Position numbers and translations under genes: made by a program. Below the pieces are notes generated by a model. It made no database searches. It was not told the origin of the DNA and was given only the letters and a program-made list of their open reading frames with translations. A stretch of 12,850 nt of DNA, from the NCBI GenBank assembly GCA_031459535.1, contig JAVKIJ010000083.1, positions 1 to 12,850 of the forward strand, read 5' to 3'. Below are positions 8,073-12,850 of this stretch, piece by piece (the first letter of the stretch is position 1; each line of letters starts with the position of its first letter). The stretch is from Candidatus Fervidifonticultor quintus (lineage in GTDB: Bacteria > Sysuimicrobiota > Sysuimicrobiia > Sysuimicrobiales > Humicultoraceae).

Positions 8073-9530
8073 ATGGCTGGCATCCCCGGTTCCAGAGAGA
8101 GCAGCCCTCGCACGAACCGTCAGCTCTCCCGCGCTCTGGTGCCGATCGTGGTGGCGATCGTCATCGCCCTGATCCCCGCGCCGTCGGGGCTCGAACCGTC
8201 CGCCTGGCGGTACTTCGCGCTCTTCGTGGGCGTCATCCTCGGCCTGATCCTGGAGCCGGTGCCGGCGGCCCTGATTGGTATGATCGGGGTCACGCTGGGC
8301 GCGCTGCTCGGCCTGGTGACCCCCAAGCCGGCGGACGCCGTCCGATGGGCGCTGTCGGGCTTCACGGACACCACGGTCTGGCTCATCTTCACCGCGTACA
8401 TGCTCGCGCTCGGCTATCAAAAGAGCGGTCTGGGGCGGCGAGTGGCGCTGTTCCTGGTGCGCCGTCTGGGCGCCAGAACCCTCGGGCTGGGGTACGCCGT
8501 GGCGCTGTCCGACCTGGTCGTGGCGCCGTTCACGCCCTCCAACACCGCCCGCAGCGGTGGCATCATCTATCCGGTGATCCAGAACATCCCGCCGCTCTAC
8601 GGCTCCGAGCCCGGCCCGACCGCGGGGAAGGTGGGGGCCTTCCTGATGTGGACGGCGTTTGCCAGCACCTGTGTCACGAGTTCGATGTTCATTACCTCCC
8701 TGGCCCCGAACGCGCTGACGCTCTCGCTCATCCTGAAGGGCGCCAACATCCAGGTGTCGTGGACCGAATGGTTCGTCGGGTTCCTTCCGGTCGGCGTCGT
8801 GCTGTTCGTCTTGACGCCGCTGCTGGTCTACTGGCTGTATCCACCGCAGGTGAGGGTCAGCACCGAAGTGCCGGAGTGGGCCGGGCAGGAGCTAGGCAAG
8901 ATGGGGGCGGTGAGCCGTCGCGAGTGGACCATGGCCGGGCTCGCGCTGCTGGCCCTCGTGCTCTGGATCTTCGCAGCTGCCCGGATCAACACCACCACGG
9001 TGGCCCTGGTGGTTCTGATCCTCATGGTGCTGCTCGGGGTCATCAGTTGGGACGACGTGCTGGCCAACAAGCAGGCCTGGAACGTCCTGGTTTGGTTCGC
9101 CACGCTGGTGACCATGGCTGGCGGCTTGAGCCAGGTGAATTTCCTGGAATGGCTCGCCAAGGGCGTGGCCTCGTCGCTGGCGGGCATCGCGGTGGGAGCC
9201 ATGGTGGTGTTGTTCGTGGCCTCCTACTTCGTGGTGCACTACATGTTCGCGAGTCTGACGGCGCACGTGACAGCGCTGCTGCCGGCCCTGCTGGCCGTGG
9301 CGGTGGCCGTGCCGGGGATGCCGGCGCGTATGCTCGCCTTGCTGCTCGCCTACAGCCTGGGGCTGATGGGCATCCTGACACCGTACGCGACCGGGCCTGC
9401 GCCGATCTACTACGGGAGCGGGTACATCGCCCGCAGGGACTTCTGGAGGCTGGGGTTGATCTTCGGGCTGATCTACCTGGTGGCCTTGTTGGTCATCGGC
9501 ATCCCGTACCTCGGGGCCATCGGCCGTTGA
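8073..9530 (+). CDS. DASS family di/tricarboxylate transporter (CitT/TtdT-like anion permease)
   Basis: Highly hydrophobic. Motifs WALSGF, SGLGRRVAL, APFTPSNTARSGGIIYP, TSSMFITSLAPN, HYMFASLTAH, LTPYATGPAPIYYGSGY. Start is the ATG at 8073 with SD AAGGAGG at 8055-8061; the ORF-track start at 7854 lies inside sdhB. Confidence 0.9.
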   Translation: MAGIPGSRESSPRTNRQLSRALVPIVVAIVIALIPAPSGLEPSAWRYFALFVGVILGLILEPVPAALIGMIGVTLGALLGLVTPKPADAVRWALSGFTDTTVWLIFTAYMLALGYQKSGLGRRVALFLVRRLGARTLGLGYAVALSDLVVAPFTPSNTARSGGIIYPVIQNIPPLYGSEPGPTAGKVGAFLMWTAFASTCVTSSMFITSLAPNALTLSLILKGANIQVSWTEWFVGFLPVGVVLFVLTPLLVYWLYPPQVRVSTEVPEWAGQELGKMGAVSRREWTMAGLALLALVLWIFAAARINTTTVALVVLILMVLLGVISWDDVLANKQAWNVLVWFATLVTMAGGLSQVNFLEWLAKGVASSLAGIAVGAMVVLFVASYFVVHYMFASLTAHVTALLPALLAVAVAVPGMPARMLALLLAYSLGLMGILTPYATGPAPIYYGSGYIARRDFWRLGLIFGLIYLVALLVIGIPYLGAIGR

Positions 9531-9557
9531 GCGCTTCCGGTAGGAGGGAGTGGCATC

Positions 9558-10043
9558 ATGGAGATCACCGTGGTCCCCATCGAGAAGCCCGAGGCCGCCA
9601 ACGTCATCCTCGGGCAGTCCCACTTCATCAAGACGGTGGAAGACCTGCACGAGGCGCTGGTGACCGCGGTGCCTGGCATCAAGTTCGGGCTGGCCTTCTG
9701 CGAGTCCAGCGGGAAGCGGCTCATCCGGCGGTCGGGTACGGACGAGGCGTTGGTGGAGCTGGCCACCAGAAACGCGCTGGCCGTCGGCTGCGGCCACTTT
9801 TTCATCATCGTGTTGGGCGAGGGGTTCTTTCCCGTCAACGTCCTGGCCGCCGTCCGGGCCTGCCCCGAGGTGGTGGGCATCTACTGCGCGACGGCGAATC
9901 CCGTCGGGGTGGTCGTCGCGCAGGAGGGCGAGCAACGCGGCGTGCTGGGCGTGCTAGACGGCCTCGTGCCGCTGGGGGTCGAGGATGCGGCCGAGGTGTC
10001 CTGGCGCAAGGACCTGCTGCGGCGCTTGGGCTACAAGCAGTAA
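9558..10043 (+). CDS. Adenosine-specific kinase family protein (DUF355 / PAE2307-like)
   Basis: NVILGQSHFIKTVEDLHEAL, FGLAFCESSG..LIR.SG.D, GHFFII, FPVNVL, IYCATANP, GVLGVLDG, RKDLLRRLGYK. SD AGGAGG. Family recognised from memory; the in vivo function is not established. Confidence 0.85.
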   Translation: MEITVVPIEKPEAANVILGQSHFIKTVEDLHEALVTAVPGIKFGLAFCESSGKRLIRRSGTDEALVELATRNALAVGCGHFFIIVLGEGFFPVNVLAAVRACPEVVGIYCATANPVGVVVAQEGEQRGVLGVLDGLVPLGVEDAAEVSWRKDLLRRLGYKQ

Positions 10044-10046
10044 AGG

Positions 10047-10799
10047 CTACGCACCGGGTCGGGCGGCGGTCGCTACGCGGACCGGGATGCGCCGCCAGAC
10101 CGAGATCGCCCGCGGGCTGACCCGGCACGTATAGGCCACCAGCACGACGCCCGCTCGCCTGGCGCGGGCGGCGGCGCGTGCCAGCGCCGGGTCTGCCGCC
10201 GCGTCCACCCGCAGGGCACGCGCGTCGGGGCGCTGCACGAACCAGACCACGGCTGCGCGCATCCCCTGCCCGGCCGCCTGCGCCAGGGCCAGGAGGTGGC
10301 GGGCCCCCCGAGCCGTCGGGGCGTCTGGAAACAGCGCTTCGCCGGACTCCACGCGATTGCAGGACTTGGCCTCAACGAGCCAGGTAATGGCACCGGCCTG
10401 CATGACGAAGTCGATGCGCACGCCGCGCAGGCGAACCTCCTGACGCCAGGCGGCTGGCTCGGGCAGCGGCGGTAGCGGCCTGCAACGCAGCGACGCGGCC
10501 AGCAGACGGTTCGGGAGCGTGGCGTCCAGCCCCACCCACTGTCCCCTGTGCCGGATGAGCACCATGGTGCCGTGTGTGCGACGCGCGCCTCTCCTCGTCA
10601 GGTGAACGAGAGCGATGGCGCCTGGCACCAGCAGCTCGGTCATTCTCCCGGAGTTCGGCAGGTGGGCGTAGATCAGGGCGCGGCTGTCCTCCAGGCGCAG
10701 GGACGCGGCGAACCGGTTGATCCGTCGCACGAAGGCGGCCCGGCGCAGCGGCCGGGGCAGAGGGACCGCAATGGGTCCTCGTCGGGCGCTCGATGCCAC
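10047..10799 (-). CDS. sfsA: DNA/RNA nuclease SfsA (sugar fermentation stimulation protein)
   Basis: RRINRF, HLPNSGRMTELL, RIDF, VEAKSC (PD-(D/E)XK-like), FPDAPTARGARHL, FVQRPD. The start is uncertain: GTG at 10799 was chosen because the longer ORF-track version runs across the opposite-strand promoter. Confidence 0.88.
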   Translation of the reverse strand: MASSARRGPIAVPLPRPLRRAAFVRRINRFAASLRLEDSRALIYAHLPNSGRMTELLVPGAIALVHLTRRGARRTHGTMVLIRHRGQWVGLDATLPNRLLAASLRCRPLPPLPEPAAWRQEVRLRGVRIDFVMQAGAITWLVEAKSCNRVESGEALFPDAPTARGARHLLALAQAAGQGMRAAVVWFVQRPDARALRVDAAADPALARAAARARRAGVVLVAYTCRVSPRAISVWRRIPVRVATAARPGA

Positions 10800-10868
10800 G
10801 CCAGCAGAGTTCGTCAGTGGACGCCGGGGTCTTGCCGTGCGCCAGCAGACGGGGCGCGATTCGTCGAG

Positions 10869-10898
10869 TTGACGCTGTTTCCCACCGACGTCTATAAT
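10869..10898 (+). promoter_or_regulatory. Sigma70-type promoter for the T-box/tRNA-Ala/ilvE/leuS transcript
   Basis: TTGACG (10869-10874), an 18-nt spacer, then TATAAT (10893-10898). Near-consensus in a GC-rich background and about 30 nt upstream of T-box Stem I. Confidence 0.85.
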
Positions 10899-11094
10899 CC
10901 CACTGATAGACAACCTCATACGGTGCTGGCAATGACCGGGAGCAGTAGGCGCCTGTGCCGCCGCAGAGCGAGTCGGGACTAGTGGGAGCCGACCGGCGGG
11001 GTCGCTGAACTCGCCCGGGAGCCGCGGGGACGATGGGAAGCGTGCCGTAGTCCTCGCCGGGGCCCCACGAGATGGGGATGAGCGGACAGGGTCC

Positions 11095-11169
11095 GGGCCA
11101 GTAGCTCAGCGGGAGAGCGCCCGCTTGGCGTGCGGGAGGTCGGGGGTTCAATTCCCCTCTGGTCCACCA
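11095..11169 (+). tRNA. tRNA-Ala(GGC), 75 nt, CCA encoded
   Basis: Acceptor stem GGGCCAG/CTGGTCC with the G3:U70 alanine determinant, then A73-CCA. D arm GCTC-AGCGGGA-GAGC. Anticodon arm CCCGC-TTGGCGT-GCGGG, anticodon GGC at 11127-11129. Variable loop AGGTC. T arm GGGGG-TTCAATT-CCCCT. Confidence 0.96.
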
Positions 11170-11207
11170 GATTCTCGAACCCTGTCAACCGGGGTGGTAC
11201 CGCGGAG

Positions 11208-11243
11208 GCCGTCTTCGTCCCTTGGACGAGACGGCGTTTGTGT
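11208..11243 (+). terminator. T-box conditional terminator, mutually exclusive with the antiterminator
   Basis: GCCGTCTTCGTCC-CTT-GGACGAGACGGC (12 bp, one bulged U), followed by GTTTGTGT. Its 5' arm contains CGTCC, which in the antiterminator pairs with GCG (11202-04) and the G run at 11191-94 around the UGGUACC bulge. Confidence 0.82.
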
Positions 11244-11263
11244 CCTCGGGGAGGGATATCCGC

Positions 11264-12196
11264 GTGAAAGCGTCGAGCCGCATCTGGATGGACGGCAGGT
11301 TCGTGCCCTGGGACGACGCGACGGTGCACGTGGCGGCCCACGTGGTGCACTACGGGTCCAGCGTCTTCGAGGGCATCCGTGCATACGACACGGTCGCGGG
11401 GCCGGCGGTCTTCTGTCTGGGACCGCATGTGCGGCGCTTCGAGGACTCCTGCCGGATCTTTCGGATGCCGCTGCCGTACTCACGCGACGAGATCGGCGCG
11501 GCCATCCTGGAGACCGTGCGGATCAACGGCCACCGGAGCTGTTACATCCGGCCGGTGGCCTTCCGCGGTGTCGAGTCGCTGGCCGTGGACCCGCGCAAGT
11601 GCCCCATCCACGTGGCCATTCTCACCATCGAGTGGGGCCGGTACCTGGGGCCGGAGGCCATCGAGCAGGGGGTGGACGTGATGGTGACCTCGTGGCGGCG
11701 CATGGCGCCCGATACGCACCCGGGCATGGGCAAGATCGGCGGCAACTACGTCAACTCCGCCTTCGTGGTCATGCAAGCCGTTGACAACGGCTTCGCCGAG
11801 GGCATCGCCCTGGATGTGCAGGGATATCTCAGCGAGGGCAGCGGCGAGAACCTGTTTCTGGTCCGGGACGGGGTCGCCTACACCCCGCCCATGGCGGCCT
11901 CGATCCTGGGCGGTGTGACCCGGGGGGTCGTCCTCGCTCTGTGCCGGGACGCTGGCATCGAAGTGCGAGAGACCCCCATCCCGCGGGAGATGCTCTACAT
12001 CGCCGATGAGGCTTTCTTCACGGGCACGGCGGCGGAGATCACGCCGATCCGGTCAGTGGATCGCCAACCGGTCGGGTGCGGCCGTCGCGGCCCGATCACG
12101 GCGCGCCTGCAGGAGGAGTTCTTCGGCATCACCGAGGGCCGGATTCCCGACCGGCACGGCTGGCTGACACCCGTCCCGGTCGCCGCGGGTCCGTAG
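11264..12196 (+). CDS. ilvE: Branched-chain amino acid aminotransferase
   Basis: [40 protein letters not shown] (PLP lysine), [34 protein letters not shown] start at 11264 with SD GGGGAGGG at 11248-11255; the ORF-track start at 11222 falls inside the terminator. Confidence 0.94.
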   Translation: MKASSRIWMDGRFVPWDDATVHVAAHVVHYGSSVFEGIRAYDTVAGPAVFCLGPHVRRFEDSCRIFRMPLPYSRDEIGAAILETVRINGHRSCYIRPVAFRGVESLAVDPRKCPIHVAILTIEWGRYLGPEAIEQGVDVMVTSWRRMAPDTHPGMGKIGGNYVNSAFVVMQAVDNGFAEGIALDVQGYLSEGSGENLFLVRDGVAYTPPMAASILGGVTRGVVLALCRDAGIEVRETPIPREMLYIADEAFFTGTAAEITPIRSVDRQPVGCGRRGPITARLQEEFFGITEGRIPDRHGWLTPVPVAAGP

Positions 12197-12222
12197 CGAA
12201 CCCTCGGTCCGGGAGGGCACCT

Positions 12223-12850
12223 GTGGCAACGGTGCGGTACGATCCTTCGGTCATCGAACCCAAGTGGCAGCGTCGCTGGGAGGCGGACCAGCTCTACCAC
12301 GCTCCCGACCACGATCCGCGGCCCAAGTTCTACCTGCTGACCATGTATCCGTATCCCTCGGGGGACCTGCACGTGGGACACTGGTATCCCATGGCACCGT
12401 CGGACGCCATTGCGCGCTACAAGCGGCGGCGCGGGTACAACGTGATGCTCCCCATCGGCTTCGACGCCTTCGGCCTGCCGGCGGAGAACGCGGCCATTGA
12501 GCGCGGCATTCACCCGTACCGGTGGACCATGGACAACATCGAGCGGATGCGCCGGCAGCTGCGCTCCATGGGCGCCATGTGGGACTGGGCGCGCGAGGTG
12601 GTCACGTGCGACCCGGAGTACTACCGGTGGAACCAGTGGTTCTTCCTGAAGATGTACGAGAGAGGCCTGGCGTACCGGGCGCTGGCGCCGGTGGACTGGT
12701 GCCCCAAGGACAACACGACCCTGGCCCGCGAGCAGGTAGTGGGCGACCAGCGCGTTTGCGAGCGCTGCGGCACCCCGGTCGTGAAGAAGAACCTGGAGCA
12801 GTGGTTCTTGAGGATCACCGCCTACGCCGATGAGCTGCTGGACTTCTCCA
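12223..12850 (+). CDS. leuS: Leucine--tRNA ligase, N-terminal part (3'-truncated by the window edge)
   Basis: Absent from the ORF track because there is no stop codon in the window. GTG at 12223 with SD GGGAGG at 12211-12216. Translates [20 protein letters not shown]...[19 protein letters not shown] (HIGH motif)...[16 protein letters not shown]...YYRWNQWFF...[14 protein letters not shown]...CERCG...[14 protein letters not shown]. Confidence 0.96.
   Translation, partial: MATVRYDPSVIEPKWQRRWEADQLYHAPDHDPRPKFYLLTMYPYPSGDLHVGHWYPMAPSDAIARYKRRRGYNVMLPIGFDAFGLPAENAAIERGIHPYRWTMDNIERMRRQLRSMGAMWDWAREVVTCDPEYYRWNQWFFLKMYERGLAYRALAPVDWCPKDNTTLAREQVVGDQRVCERCGTPVVKKNLEQWFLRITAYADELLDFS

Larger units (their letters stand above)
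10928..11243 (+). ncRNA. Leucine-specific T-box riboswitch leader (specifier CUC) containing an embedded tRNA
   Basis: Stem I (10928-11023): GGC/GCC base, K-turn AAUGA/GA, helix CCGGG/CCCGG, loop-E AGUA (10944-47)/GAA (11007-09), specifier CUC at 11010-11012 followed by G, helix CCGCCG/CGGCGG, AG bulge CAGAGCGA, helix GUCGG/CCGAC closing the distal loop GACUAGUGGGAG. Stem II GCGGGGAC/GUCCUCGC (11024-11057). Hairpin CCCCA/UGGGG (11063-11077). Stem III GACAGGGU/ACCCUGUC. T-box AACCGGGGUGGUACCGCG (11187-11204). The downstream genes ilvE and leuS match a Leu specifier. Confidence 0.93.

Noticed and set aside
247-9935. Many long antisense ORFs (e.g. 1739-2911, 4519-5520, 7108-8070, 8892-9935)
   Set aside because: They lie opposite well-supported genes and have no domain motifs; typical high-GC codon-bias artefacts.
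7730-10120. 796-aa plus-strand ORF overlapping sdhB, the DASS transporter and DUF355
   Set aside because: Arg/Gly/Ala/Pro-rich with no recognisable motif. It is an off-frame shadow of real genes, expected when high GC makes stop codons scarce.
10800-10919. N-terminal 40-aa extension of SfsA in the ORF track
   Set aside because: It runs antisense across the TTGACG/TATAAT promoter and does not resemble SfsA, whose conserved sequence begins near PLRRAAFVRRINRF.
11140-11260. tRNA-Ala as the attachment site of an integrated element
   Set aside because: No integrase, no duplicated tRNA 3' end noticed in the window and no compositional shift. The flanks are continuous T-box structure on both sides.
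10979-11784. ORFs 10979-11428 (-), 11125-11784 (+), 11148-11483 (-), or a leader peptide for ilvE
   Set aside because: They overlap the tRNA and T-box. No Leu/Ile/Val-rich leader peptide is seen, and the T-box already explains the regulation.
1-12850. CRISPR arrays, IS elements, rRNA, defence or toxin-antitoxin genes
   Set aside because: No regularly spaced repeats, terminal inverted repeats or corresponding ORFs were seen. Nearly all of the sequence is accounted for by the features listed.

Overview
A high-GC (roughly 70% by eye) bacterial chromosomal window, densely coding and mostly housekeeping. Left to right: a tightly overlapping tdh-kbl-moeA-moaC-moaB/mog run; a succinate dehydrogenase/fumarate reductase operon in the order A-C-D-B, followed by a DASS (CitT/TtdT-like) transporter and a DUF355 'adenosine-specific kinase' family gene; a convergent sfsA on the minus strand; and a near-consensus sigma70 promoter driving a leucine (CUC specifier) T-box riboswitch upstream of ilvE and leuS (leuS is cut by the window edge and absent from the ORF track). 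The standout observation is that a complete, CCA-ending tRNA-Ala(GGC) gene (11095-11169) lies inside the T-box leader. It occupies the loop of the Stem III helix (GACAGGGT/ACCCTGTC), between the anticodon-sensing Stem I and the antiterminator. All calls come from reading the sequence and recalling motifs; no database search or folding program was run.
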